Shown piece after piece: positions 34,553-44,614 of a DNA stretch of 64,000 nt; within the stretch, counting starts at the first letter, position 1, and each line of letters starts with the position of its first letter. The position numbers and the translations under genes are program-made. The DNA is taken from NCBI GenBank assembly GCA_963817895.1, contig CAWFQB010000005.1:544001-608000 (forward strand), read 5' to 3'. The notes beneath the pieces are model-generated. The model searched no databases, was not told the DNA's origin, and saw nothing but the letters and a program-made list of their open reading frames with translations. The stretch comes from an uncultured Chthonomonadaceae bacterium (lineage in GTDB: Bacteria; Armatimonadota; Chthonomonadetes; Chthonomonadales; Chthonomonadaceae).

Positions 34553-36498
34553 ATGGCATTTTTAGACCGACTGTTGGGCAGGCCGCTGGCAACGCATGAA
34601 GAGGATGAGCAAAAAGTCGGCGTGTTCGCGGGCATTCCCATGCTGGGACTGGACGCGCTTTCGTCGTCGGCGTATGGCCCGGAAGCCGCGCTGACAATTT
34701 TAATTCCCCTCGGCGCGCTCGGACTGGTATACATCGGCCCGATTATCGGCGTGATTCTCGCCCTGCTGACAATTCTGTACTTTTCGTATCGGCAGACCAT
34801 TGCCGCCTATCCGGGCGGCGGCGGCTCGTACACTGTGGCAAAGGAGAATCTGGGAACGCCGGCGGGGCTGCTGGCCGCTGCCGCGCTGCTGCTGGATTAC
34901 GTGATGAACGTGGCGGTCGGCATTTCGGCCGGTATGGGCGCGCTGATTTCCGCCGTGCCCGTCACTGCATCGCTACTTGCTGCCCCTGTGCCTGCTCGCG
35001 CTGGTCTTTGTCGCGTTTATCAATTTGCGCGGCGTTCGCGAATCGGGACTGGCGTTCGCGTTGCCGACCTATTTGTTTGTCGGCACACTTACGATTGTGC
35101 TTGTGGTGGGGTTGGGCAAAGCGTTGATGAGCGGCGGGCATCCCGTTCCGGTTGTCGCGGCGCCTGCCCTGCCCGCCGCGACGGGCGCGATTACGCTGTG
35201 GCTGCTGCTGCGCGCGTTTGCCAGCGGGTGTACCGCGATGACGGGCGTGGAGGCGGTCAGCAACGGCGTCACGGCCTTTGCCAAACCCGCTGTCGTGAAC
35301 GCGCAGCGCACACTGACGGCGATTGTCGTGATTCTGGGCGTTTTGCTTGCCGGGATCGCGTTTCTGGCCCGCGCCTACCACATCGGGGCGATAGACCCGG
35401 ACAGTCCCGCTTACGACAGCATTATTTCGCAGCTTGTGGGCGCGGTTGCCGGAAGGGGCATTTTCTATTACATCACGATTGGCAGCGTTCTCGCCGTGCT
35501 TGCGCTTTCCGCCAATACCAGTTTCGCGGACTTTCCGCGCCTGTGCCGACTGGTGGCGCAGGACGATTTTCTGCCCCATGCGTTTGCCAACCGGGGGCGG
35601 CGGCTCGTGTACTCCTACGGCATCGCCATTTTGACGGTTTCCGCCGGCATTTTGCTGGTCGCGTTCGGCGGCGTAACGGATCGCTTGATTCCCCTTTTCG
35701 CTATCGGCGCGTTTCTGGCTTTTGCGCTGTCACAGGCGGGCATGGTCGTGCATTGGAAGCGGGTTGGCGGCGCGAAATCGCAGGCGTCCCTGTTCGTCAA
35801 CGGATTGGGCTGCGTGGTCACAGTGATTGCGCTTGATAATCGTAATTCTCGCCAAGTTTGCCGAGGGCGCGTGGGTCACGCTGCTGTTGATTCCCGCTTC
35901 CCTGATGGTTTTCTACCGCGTCAAGGCGCATTACGCACATGTGGCGCAGGAAATCCATTGCCCGCGCCCCCTCGATTTGAAACGCATACAGCCGCCCGTT
36001 GTCGTGGTTCCCGTCAAGGCATGGAATACGATTTCGGAACGCGCCCTGCAATTCGCGCTGCAAATGTCGCCGGACGTGATTGCCGTTCACATCAGCGCGG
36101 ACGAGGGCGCGGCGTATGGCTTGCGGATGCAATGGGCGCAGTTTGTCGAGGAGCCGATTGAAAAAGCCGGATTGCCGCAGCCGCGCCTGATACTGCTGAT
36201 GTCGCCGTATCGCCGCCTGTTCAATCCCCTGATTAATTTCATCAACCAGTTGAAAGAGGAATATCCCACGCGCCAGATCGCCGTGATTATCCCCGAACTC
36301 GTGGAAAAGCGCTGGTATCAGTATCTGTTGCACAATCAGCGCGCGACGGGTTTGAAAGCCGCCCTGTTGTTGAAAGGCGACAGCCGGGTTGTGGTTATCA
36401 ATGTGCCGTGGTATTTGGGCGAAACCACAGCGGACCCGGTTGGCGATAACGACTCGACGGCCTTCGCGTTTCGGGAGGAGGTAACCGATGCCGACTGA
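34553..36498 (+). CDS. APC-superfamily KimA/YdaO-like K+ transporter (frameshifts near 34960 and 35830)
   Basis: LDALSSSAYGPE, YPGGGGSYTVAKENLG, NLRGVRESG, TGVEAVSNG, LIPLFAIG, C-terminal LLHNQRA. Confidence 0.88.
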
Positions 36499-37639
36499 GG
36501 AGGATACGCCGCGCCGTCCCACGCCCGAAGAGATACTGGCAAAGGTGAACGCGGAGGAGAAAAAGCAGAAACGCGGACGCCTGAAAGTGTTTCTCGGCTT
36601 TGCGGCGGGCGTGGGCAAATCGTATGAGATGCTCAACGAGGCCAACCGCCGCAAGCAGCGGGGGCAGGATGTGGTTATCGGTTACATCGAAACCCACAAG
36701 CGCAAGGGAACCGAGGAGCAGTTAGGCGATCTGGAAACCGTTCCGCGCAAGCAGATCGAATACCGGGGAACCACGCTCGAAGAGATGGATACGGAAGCCA
36801 TTCTCGTCCGCCGTCCGCAATGGGCCGTTGTGGACGAACTGGCCCATGCAAACGTGCCGGGTTCGGTTCGCGCTAAACGCTGGCAGGACGTGGAGATTTT
36901 GCTGGAAGCGGGTATTCATGTGCTGACGGCGATGAACGTGCAGCATCTGGAGAGCCTGAACGATACGGTTTTCGACATTACGGGCATCCGGGTGCGCGAA
37001 ACCGTTCCCGACTGTATCATACGCGACGCGGGCGAAATAAAGATGGTGGACATCACGCCCCGCTCCCTCATTCACCGGCTGGAACGCGGCGACATTTACG
37101 CGCCCGACAAGGTGCAGCAATCCCTTCAAAACTGGTTCCGCGAGGGCAATCTGAACGCCCTGCGCGAGATCGCGCTGCGGGAAGTGGCGCACGAGGTGGA
37201 TGAGGACGTGGCCGCGTACCGCAGGGAGCGCAACGTCAGGGAGACGTGGGCCACGCATGACCGCGTAATGGTGTGCATCAGCCCTGACCAATCTTCGCTG
37301 CGATTATTGCGGCGCGGCTGGCGGATCGCGGGGCGGCTTCACGCGGAATTGGTGGCCGTGTACGTGGAAAACAAGCCGACGGACGAGGAGCAGAAGCAGA
37401 TATTGAAGGATGATTTCGCGCTTGCGGATCGCCTGAAAGTGCCGGTTGTCACGCTGCACGGCGATGTGGCGAACGAGATTATCCGCTACGCCCGCGAAAA
37501 CCAGATCACGCAAATCGTCATCGGCCATTCGGACCGGACGCGCTTTCAGGAGTTCGTCAAGGGTTCCATCATCAACAAACTAACCTTCGCCCTCCGCAAT
37601 GTGGATATTCTCATCGTCGCCTCGTCAGAAGAAGCGTAG
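36488..37639 (+). CDS. kdpD: stand-alone KdpD N-terminal sensor + USP domain (no TM or kinase domain)
   Basis: RGRLKVFLGFAAGVGKSY, VDELAHAN, KRWQDV, NVQHLESLND, LREIALR; C-terminal USP. Confidence 0.9.
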   Translation: MPTEEDTPRRPTPEEILAKVNAEEKKQKRGRLKVFLGFAAGVGKSYEMLNEANRRKQRGQDVVIGYIETHKRKGTEEQLGDLETVPRKQIEYRGTTLEEMDTEAILVRRPQWAVVDELAHANVPGSVRAKRWQDVEILLEAGIHVLTAMNVQHLESLNDTVFDITGIRVRETVPDCIIRDAGEIKMVDITPRSLIHRLERGDIYAPDKVQQSLQNWFREGNLNALREIALREVAHEVDEDVAAYRRERNVRETWATHDRVMVCISPDQSSLRLLRRGWRIAGRLHAELVAVYVENKPTDEEQKQILKDDFALADRLKVPVVTLHGDVANEIIRYARENQITQIVIGHSDRTRFQEFVKGSIINKLTFALRNVDILIVASSEEA

Positions 37640-37677
37640 GCGAATGACGCGGCCTGCTGCAAAAGTTTATCACGCAG

Positions 37678-37729
37678 TTGATAAGAAACAACCCTGATAT
37701 GATACAATATCCTCATAATCATGTATCAT
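37678..37729 (+). promoter_or_regulatory. TA promoter with operator-like inverted repeat
   Basis: TGaTACAAT extended -10 overlapped by ATGATACA(37699-37706)...TGTATCAT(37722-37729). Confidence 0.55.
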
Positions 37730-37745
37730 CTGTGAGGAGAATGCT

Positions 37746-38003
37746 ATGTCACTTTTAGACATCACAAACGTTTCTGAGGCGGCAAAAGCGTCCGTTGCCT
37801 CTTCCAACGAACCGAACCGACAGAAGATTGGCTCGACAGATCAGGACGCGGCTACTTCTGCTGAGACAACCGCCTCCATAGTTCAACATCTTCTGGCGCA
37901 AGGTTTGCGCATGGAGGACATTATCATGCCGGGTTCCGCCAAAGATGTAGGTATTTATGTGGCGGATGATTTCGATGCGCCCTGTGAAGATTTTGAGGAT
38001 TAG
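37746..38003 (+). CDS. antitoxin (DUF2281-like C-terminus)
   Basis: PGSAKD..IYVADDFDAP.EDFED tail; directly upstream of a PIN toxin. Confidence 0.75.
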   Translation: MSLLDITNVSEAAKASVASSNEPNRQKIGSTDQDAATSAETTASIVQHLLAQGLRMEDIIMPGSAKDVGIYVADDFDAPCEDFED

Positions 38004-38008
38004 CTCTG

Positions 38009-38416
38009 ATGGATTTGCTGATGGATACGCATACTTTCATCTGGTTTATTCAAGACAATCCCCTGTTAGGAATAAAGGCCAAAACCCTGTTAATGGATGG
38101 AACCAATGACAGATGGTTGAGCATTGTCAGCATTTGGGAAATGGCGATAAAAGTACAAACGGGAAAATTGGTTTTTCCAAAACCCTTCCGTACTTTTATC
38201 TCTGAACAGTTGTCCCTCAATAAAATCAGGGTGTTGCCACTGGAGTTTGAGCAGGCGTGTTCTGTTTGCGATCTGGAGTATGCAACCGATCCCGAAGGAA
38301 AGAAACACAAAGACCCATTTGATCGAATGATTGTTGCACAAAGTAAACTGGCAGGATTTCCCTTGTTGAGCAATGAGCAAATATTTGAACACTATGGTGT
38401 CGTCAGGATATGGTAA
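38009..38416 (+). CDS. VapC-family PIN domain toxin
   Basis: LLMDTHTFIW, SIVSIWEMAIK, HKDPFDRMIVAQ. Confidence 0.92.
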   Translation: MDLLMDTHTFIWFIQDNPLLGIKAKTLLMDGTNDRWLSIVSIWEMAIKVQTGKLVFPKPFRTFISEQLSLNKIRVLPLEFEQACSVCDLEYATDPEGKKHKDPFDRMIVAQSKLAGFPLLSNEQIFEHYGVVRIW

Positions 38417-38699
38417 AACCATACCAACAAGAACGTATGGATTGGCATTATCCGGGCGTATTCATCACGTTTCATCATTCGGCTTCCGATCCGCCGATTG
38501 GCATCCATTAGTAGCGCAACTCCTGAGCATGTGTCAGGAATCAACTACTATAAAGAAGGTTCACATGTCATCCGTTCCATAGATTATATTACTAATTATA
38601 TGTAATGTGATTAATAAATAGAGTATGAATTCAGCGCAATATAGAGTAATATTCCTTCTCGCTTGCTTGTTCGTTCAGGACAGAGGAAGGAGCGTTTTT

Positions 38700-39059
38700 A
38701 TGAGGCAGAACCAAAATTCGGCTTTGCTGGATGCAGCAATACCAAAACAATAGAATATCAAGACAGCGCCTGCGCCCGTAGCGGAACCTGCTGCCTTCTT
38801 GACCGATGCGGAAATCAACCGAATAGGCAAGGAGAAATACGCGCAGGAGTTTGCAACCTTCGTGGACACAAAAGAGAATCAGGGCAAACTCTTTCTGTTG
38901 AATGTCGTCACAGACGACTACCAGATCACGCAAACCGTCATCGAGCATTCCGACCGAACCCGCTTTCAAGAATTCGTCAAGGGTTCCATCATCAACAAAC
39001 TAACCTTCGCCCTGCGCGCCGTTGACATTCTCATTGTCGCCGCCGCGGAAGATGGTTGA
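38700..39059 (+). pseudogene. chimeric remnant: small unrelated N-terminus fused to a duplicate of the kdpD 3' end
   Basis: In-frame TAG at 38751; 38920-39041 is a diverged direct repeat of 37500-37621. Confidence 0.7.
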
Positions 39060-39096
39060 ATTCAGTCTATGCAGACCAAAACCTGTGTCGGACTTG

Positions 39097-39126
39097 TTGA
39101 CAATTCTTCCTCTTTCCTCTTATAAT
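39097..39126 (+). promoter_or_regulatory. consensus sigma70 promoter
   Basis: TTGACA-18-TATAAT upstream of the kinase gene. Confidence 0.75.
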
Positions 39127-39236
39127 GGAATTTGTCTTCTTCGATGACTCCATAGACAAGGCGTATCATGCGTCTGGAATTTCATCGTTCGTTTGCTCAA
39201 TGCGTCTTTTCAACGGTTTGTTCTCCAAAGGTTTGT

Positions 39237-40457
39237 ATGGACACTACAACGCGGCAGATGTGGCAACTGAATAAGTATATGTGGATGAGCCTGACGTTTC
39301 TGCTCGTTTACATCCCCCTCGCGTACCGGCAGGGCGTTTTTGAAGCGCCCTTCGGCGTAGTCTGCGCCGTGTACTGCGCGGGCATTGCGGAGGGTGGGCT
39401 GCGCACATGGCTGGGGCTGCGGAGGGGAGGCAATCTCACCGCCCGCGCTTCCTCGCTGTTCAACAATCTGGAAATCGCGCTGATGACGGTCGCGATTGCC
39501 ATCAGCGGCGGCATCCACAGTGATCTATGGCTGCTGTACTTTGTCGTGATGATGTTCGAGGCTTTGTACGCGACCCGGCGAAGCAAAAATCTGCTCGATG
39601 TCAAAATGACATGCTTCTATCTTTTGGGAACCCTGCCCCGTCAAATATTGTCGGCTTATACCGATCCGCTTCACATTTATGCCCGGTTGTTTTTGTCGCA
39701 TCTGTTCTTTTTGATTACGGTCAGCGCGGTGGCGCGGCGTATCAGCGTCAACAACGAGGAGCGTAATCTCGAACTCGTGCTGCTGCGGGAACAGCGGGCA
39801 ACCGCGGAAGAGCGCGCCCGCATCGCCCGCGAAGTGCATGACAGCCTGGGACACGCGCTTGTCGGCAGCATTTTGCGGCTGGAACTGGCCTCCCGGCTCG
39901 TTGCGCGTGACCCACAGGAGGCGGAAACGATCTTGCGCGAAGAGGTTCCGGCCCTGCGCGCGGCCTGGAACGAGTGGCGCGATCTGGCGTTTCATCTGCG
40001 TTCCTGGGATGAAATGACGGAGGGAGAGGATTTGCCCGCGCTGCTGCGCCGCCATAGCGCCCGCTTTGCCGAGCGTACCGGCCTGCGCGTTGTCCTGCGC
40101 GTGGAGGGAGAATTAGAAGCGGAGAGCCAGGAAGCAGGCGGAAGCAGGGGAAGCGCGTGGCAATTGCGCCCCGCGCTGTCGTTTGCCCTGACGCGCATTG
40201 TGCAGGAAGCGCTGACAAACGTGGCCCGCTATGCCCACGCCACGAACATTACGATTACGTTGTCTCAGCCCGCGCCGCAGGAGATATTATGCGTTATCGC
40301 GGACGATGGACAGGGGTTTGATGTGGAAACACAGGCGACCGGCATTGGCCTGGTCTCCATGCGGGAGCGTATTGAAACACTGGGCGGAACATTTTCCCTG
40401 CAAAGCGCCCCCGGACAGGGAACCACTGTGAGAGTAGGGGCAAATGATAAGGGATAA
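39237..40457 (+). CDS. membrane histidine kinase, HisKA_3 (NarX/DesK) type, no adjacent regulator
   Basis: EERARIAREVHDSLGH, QEALTNVARYA, IADDGQGFD, GIGLVSMRER, GQGTTV. Confidence 0.9.
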   Translation: MDTTTRQMWQLNKYMWMSLTFLLVYIPLAYRQGVFEAPFGVVCAVYCAGIAEGGLRTWLGLRRGGNLTARASSLFNNLEIALMTVAIAISGGIHSDLWLLYFVVMMFEALYATRRSKNLLDVKMTCFYLLGTLPRQILSAYTDPLHIYARLFLSHLFFLITVSAVARRISVNNEERNLELVLLREQRATAEERARIAREVHDSLGHALVGSILRLELASRLVARDPQEAETILREEVPALRAAWNEWRDLAFHLRSWDEMTEGEDLPALLRRHSARFAERTGLRVVLRVEGELEAESQEAGGSRGSAWQLRPALSFALTRIVQEALTNVARYAHATNITITLSQPAPQEILCVIADDGQGFDVETQATGIGLVSMRERIETLGGTFSLQSAPGQGTTVRVGANDKG

Positions 40458-40498
40458 GGGCAGCCATTACAAGTTAAGGGCACAGGAGGTATGGCTAA

Positions 40499-40600
40499 GA
40501 GCCTATCCCAACAGGCGATTGCATTTGCGTCCGAAGGACGCTTGGCCGTAGGCCACTCAGACGGGTACGTTCTCTGTACCCGGCCTATTGGGATAGGCTC
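40499..40600. mobile_element. 102-bp MITE, family A copy 2, with TAA target-site duplication
   Basis: TAA|GAGCCTATCCCA...TGGGATAGGCTC|TAA. Confidence 0.9.
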
Positions 40601-40782
40601 TAACTCCAACATTTCCGCAGATTGCCCTTTGCGTCTGCGTTTGACAATGCCCGGGGCGTTATTTTGGTGGGCGCGCAAGCAGGCAACCGGGTCGGTGGCT
40701 TCGCCGCGCCGAAAGGCCCGGGCGAAGTGGCACAGCCCGCGATACACCCTTTCATACGAAACGCAGGCTCCGGCGCTCGAAG

Positions 40783-40808
40783 GGAACTTCTGCTTCTCGT
40801 GGATTGTT
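40783..40808 (+). promoter_or_regulatory. SigR/SigH-type ECF promoter (putative autoregulation)
   Basis: GGAAC-N18-GTT ending 10 nt before the sigma ATG. Confidence 0.6.
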
Positions 40809-40817
40809 GAGAGAAAT

Positions 40818-41465
40818 ATGCGGACACAGGATACGATTGAAGCAGCGGACGCTGAAGCATTGGAAGCAGGCAGCAACGCGACGCCGGAACCAAACAACGG
40901 CGCGGCGGATCGTCGCGCCGCTTATACGCGCCTGATACTGGCGCAGGAAGCCACGCTTTTACGCGCGGCCCGTCGCCTGTGCGGGCGCAATGAGGATCAC
41001 GCGCAGGACTTGACGCAGGAGGCGCTGGTGCGCGGGTACGAGGCATTTCTGGCGGGGCGATTTACGGAAGGAACCAACGCGCGCGCCTGGCTGCTGCGAA
41101 TTCTAACCAACTTCTACATCAACGAATATCGCCATGCCCAAAAATGGAGCGCGGGCGTTGACGTGGATACCCTGACTTCGCAGGGCGAGGCCAGCCCGGA
41201 AAACCTCCGCGCCGCTCCTGCCGACCGCCCCGAAGACGCCCTGCTGTCCCCCACTCTGGACGAGCCGCTGGAACGCGCCCTTGCCGCGCTGTCGGAAGAA
41301 CTGCGCACCTGCGTCCTTCTTGTGGATGTTCAGGAACTGGACTACGCTGAAGCCGCGACTGAACTCAAAATTCCCATTGGAACCGTCCGTTCGCGCCTGT
41401 CCCGCGCCCGCAAAACACTGCATACCCTGCTCTACGATTACGCGCAGGAACGAAGGAGGGCTTGA
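40818..41465 (+). CDS. ECF sigma factor, SigR/SigH-like
   Basis: AQDLTQE, FTEGTNARAWLLRILTNFYINEYR, IPIGTVRSRLSRAR. Confidence 0.92.
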   Translation: MRTQDTIEAADAEALEAGSNATPEPNNGAADRRAAYTRLILAQEATLLRAARRLCGRNEDHAQDLTQEALVRGYEAFLAGRFTEGTNARAWLLRILTNFYINEYRHAQKWSAGVDVDTLTSQGEASPENLRAAPADRPEDALLSPTLDEPLERALAALSEELRTCVLLVDVQELDYAEAATELKIPIGTVRSRLSRARKTLHTLLYDYAQERRRA

Positions 41466-41770
41466 CCATTATGCCATCTGAACACAACGCCGAATTGCCG
41501 CGAACGCTCGAACCCTGCGAACACATGGAAACCTGGGTCAACGGATTGGCGGATGACACGCTCAAAGGCCCCGCCCGCCTGTATACCAAATTCCACATCA
41601 CGACCTGTTCCAAATGCCGCAACGCGCTGGCCGGCCTGAAAGACGTGCATGACCGCCTGAGCGAACTGGAACACGCGCCGGAAGCAGACCCAAACGCCGC
41701 CTGCTCGCTAACGCCGGAACGCCGCGAGGCCCTGAATGTAGGAATGTCAGGCGTGGAACAGCAAAAATAG
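41462..41770 (+). CDS. zinc-binding (ZAS, zf-HC2) anti-sigma factor
   Basis: C...HITTCSKC (HxxxCxxC); overlaps sigma stop; soluble. Confidence 0.82.
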   Translation: MTIMPSEHNAELPRTLEPCEHMETWVNGLADDTLKGPARLYTKFHITTCSKCRNALAGLKDVHDRLSELEHAPEADPNAACSLTPERREALNVGMSGVEQQK

Positions 41771-41862
41771 CAACAGGACATGCAGTTATCTCGACTGGCG
41801 GCGCGCCCCGCTTTGTCTGCTCGTGATACAAACATGACGAAGACAAATTTGAACGGAATGAA

Positions 41863-42438
41863 ATGGATGTCACGGTGATGAGAGTACGACACTCTGGTTT
41901 ACGGTTTTTGGGATTACTCGGCGCAGTAGCGACGCTTGGGAGTGGGGCGGTGTTGGCGATGGGGCAGAACCGGGAAGACAAACCCGCGCGCGAACTGGTC
42001 GGCGGGCCGTGGCTCAATACGCGGCAGGGGACGCCCGTAACCCTCGCGTCGCGCAAAGGAAAAGTAACTCTGGTGCATTTCTGGACGTATGGCTGCATCA
42101 ACTGCCGTCACAACCTGCCCGCTTACGCCCGACTGCAAAAGCGGTTTGCCGCGCGGGATGTGCAGATCATAGGCGTACACACCCCGGAAACGCCGGGTGA
42201 GAAATCCGCCGCGAATGTGGCTCGCGCCATCAAACAGCATGACATCACCTATCCCGTGCTTGTGGACGGCAATAGCGCGAATTGGGAGCGCTGGGGGCAG
42301 CATTACTGGCCTACGGTGTATCTGCTCGACAAACAGGGGCATATTCGCGATCAATGGGAGGGCGAACTTGCTTACAATGGCGCGAACGGCGAAGCGCAGG
42401 TAGAACGCCGCATCACGGAACTGCTTCAGGAAAAATAA
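41863..42438 (+). CDS. exported redoxin (TlpA/DipZ-C-like thioredoxin)
   Basis: Signal peptide, FWTYGCINC, IIGVHTPE, YWPTVYLLDKQG. Confidence 0.88.
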   Translation: MDVTVMRVRHSGLRFLGLLGAVATLGSGAVLAMGQNREDKPARELVGGPWLNTRQGTPVTLASRKGKVTLVHFWTYGCINCRHNLPAYARLQKRFAARDVQIIGVHTPETPGEKSAANVARAIKQHDITYPVLVDGNSANWERWGQHYWPTVYLLDKQGHIRDQWEGELAYNGANGEAQVERRITELLQEK

Positions 42439-42540
42439 CTTTTCGATAGTACGACGGGACAGGAAACAACATTACATTGCAGGAATGTGACCCACGTATA
42501 TGGAAACAAGGTTTCGTACAAATATAAGTTCCCAATCCGG

Positions 42541-42620
42541 CGTAGGGGCACCCCCCGTGTTTGCCCCGGTCATTGTAGGGGCAAACCCCCGTGTTTGCCC
42601 GAACCCGTGTTTGCCCGAAC
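42541..42620. repeat. GTAG-type REP cluster
   Basis: Two GTAGGGGCA..CCCGTGTTTGCCC units plus partial copies. Confidence 0.7.
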
Positions 42621-42636
42621 TTTGTAGGAGGGCGTC

Positions 42637-43353
42637 TTGAAGCGACTTGAAAAAAAGCATCCTCTGGCGATTCGGTGGTTCCACTGGCTGAATTTCCCCA
42701 TTCTGATGGTGATGATCTGGAGCGGACTGGTTATCTATTGGGCCAACGATGTGTACCATCTGGGGCCATTTCATCTGTTCCCCGACTGGTTTTATCATCC
42801 CGGCTATGACGAGAAAAAAGACACCGCGCTGTACAGCCTGAACTCACGGCTTGCCGAGGGGATGGCGTGGCATTTTCTGTTCATGTGGTTCTTCGCCCTC
42901 AACGGCATCCTGTACGTCCTGTACACGGCCTTTTCAGGCGAGTGGCGGTATCTGTTGCCCGACCGGCACAGCTTCAAGGAGGCGCTTCAGGTCACGCTGC
43001 ACGACCTGCACCTGAGCAAGTACCACCCGCCGCGCCGCAAGTTCAACGGGGCGCAGCGCATCGCGTATTCCAGCATGATTGTCATGGGGTTGGGTTCGCT
43101 GCTGACCGGGCTTGCCATTTACAAGCCCACGCAGTTCGCATGGCTGACCGGGCTGTTCGGCGGCTATCCCATTGCCCGATTCATTCACTTCTGGCTGACG
43201 ATGGGCTACTGCGCGTTCTTTGTGGTGCATATTACACAGGTGATTCGCGCCGGATGGAATCAGTTCCGGGCCATGATTACCGGCTTTGAAGTGACCGATG
43301 ACGGCGAAAACGTGCCGGGTTTCAAGGCTGTGCCGGTGGAGGAGATAGGCTAG
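42637..43353 (+). CDS. cytochrome b/b6-domain membrane protein (YdhU/PhsC-like)
   Basis: RWFHWLN, WSGL.IY, WHFLFMW, KFNGAQRIAY, RFIHF. Confidence 0.85.
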   Translation: MKRLEKKHPLAIRWFHWLNFPILMVMIWSGLVIYWANDVYHLGPFHLFPDWFYHPGYDEKKDTALYSLNSRLAEGMAWHFLFMWFFALNGILYVLYTAFSGEWRYLLPDRHSFKEALQVTLHDLHLSKYHPPRRKFNGAQRIAYSSMIVMGLGSLLTGLAIYKPTQFAWLTGLFGGYPIARFIHFWLTMGYCAFFVVHITQVIRAGWNQFRAMITGFEVTDDGENVPGFKAVPVEEIG

Positions 43354-43354
43354 T

Positions 43355-44374
43355 ATGAGTACCAATACACCGGGCGAACCCAAACCGCCTTCAGGCAATA
43401 ATCCTGACCCCAATTTGCAGCCGGGAAACGATGTTCGCTTCACCTCAAATGGGAAAAGTGGCGCGGACACGCCCAACCTGCGCACAGACGAGCATGGTCG
43501 CCACGAACCGTATCCCTCCGTGATGCTGGAACAAGCCGCCAATACTGCGCCTGTTTCCGAAGCGCCCTTACACTCGCCCGTCGCTTTACGCCCGGACGAT
43601 CCAATTGCCAACGACATAGCGGTGGAAAAAGCGATACATCGCATGTCGCGGCGCAGTTTTCTGTGGGGCGCGGCAGCCCTGACGGGAACATACGCGCTGT
43701 GGCGGGGCATCAACGCGCAGCGGACGATAGACGGCATCGGCTGGCCGTTCCAACTCGCGTTACAGGCCAATGAAAACCTCGCCCGCGACTACTTCAAGAC
43801 CACGCGACTGGCCCCGACGTTCGCGCGGGAACAGGTCGGGCGACTGCCTGTGAACGGCACCGATGGCGCAGACCCCAACGACGATTTCGAGTCGGCGGAT
43901 TGGAACCTGCATGTTGTGGGGCTGGAATCGGACGAGGGCGAAGAGGGCGGGCGCAAATTCACCCTTGCCGAGATTAAGAAACTGCCCCGCGTGGAGATGA
44001 TTACGGAACTGAAGTGCATCGAGGGCTGGAGTTCCATTGTGGAGTGGGCCGGGGTTCGATTAGCGGATTTTATCGCGAAATACCCGCCCGCCAAAATAGA
44101 CGAGGCCATGCCGCAGTACGTGGGCATGAAAACACCGGATGAGGGCTATTATATCGGGCTGGACATGGAGAGCGCATTGCACCCGCAAACCCTGCTCTGC
44201 TACGAAATGAACGGCAAGCCGCTCACCTACGAACACGGCGCGCCGCTACGATTGGTAATTCCGCACAAATACGGCATCAAGAACATCAAGCGCATCGGCA
44301 CGATTACCTTTACCAATGACCGCCCGACAGACTATTGGGCCGAACGCGGCTACGACTGGTACGCGGGGCATTGA
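43355..44374 (+). CDS. molybdopterin-dependent oxidoreductase (sulfite oxidase/MsrP family)
   Basis: Tat-like SRRSFL, KCIEGWS, HPQTLLCYEMNG, HGAPLRL, YGIKNIK, YWAERGYDW. Confidence 0.9.
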   Translation: MSTNTPGEPKPPSGNNPDPNLQPGNDVRFTSNGKSGADTPNLRTDEHGRHEPYPSVMLEQAANTAPVSEAPLHSPVALRPDDPIANDIAVEKAIHRMSRRSFLWGAAALTGTYALWRGINAQRTIDGIGWPFQLALQANENLARDYFKTTRLAPTFAREQVGRLPVNGTDGADPNDDFESADWNLHVVGLESDEGEEGGRKFTLAEIKKLPRVEMITELKCIEGWSSIVEWAGVRLADFIAKYPPAKIDEAMPQYVGMKTPDEGYYIGLDMESALHPQTLLCYEMNGKPLTYEHGAPLRLVIPHKYGIKNIKRIGTITFTNDRPTDYWAERGYDWYAGH

Positions 44375-44399
44375 GGAAAGGAAAAGGAGAATATCCTTC

Positions 44400-44584
44400 A
44401 CTACCGGACACCTTTTGCCAGGGGTTGAAAACCCCATCTACATGGCCTGCGGCGTAGGGACATAACTTGTTGTGTCTCCCTACGGACGCAAATGCTTGTT
44501 TTCCAGCCTCCCGCGTCCGAAGGACGCCTGGCGGAACGCCACTCAGACGGGTATTTTCAATACCCGGAAAGTGCGCCCGGTAGT
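44400..44584. mobile_element. MITE-like element, family B copy 2 (inverted), containing a GTAG hairpin
   Basis: ACTACCGGACAC...GCGCCCGGTAGT termini; reverse-complement similarity to 14614-14782; GTAGGGAC...CTCCCTAC at 44454-44483. Confidence 0.7.
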
Positions 44585-44614
44585 ACATTCGTTTTCTTCT
44601 CTTCTCCTTATCCC

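Noticed and set aside
40491..40817. N-terminal 109 aa of the 324-aa sigma ORF as real protein
   Set aside because: Largely MITE sequence, a hairpin and an ECF promoter; sigma homology begins after 40818
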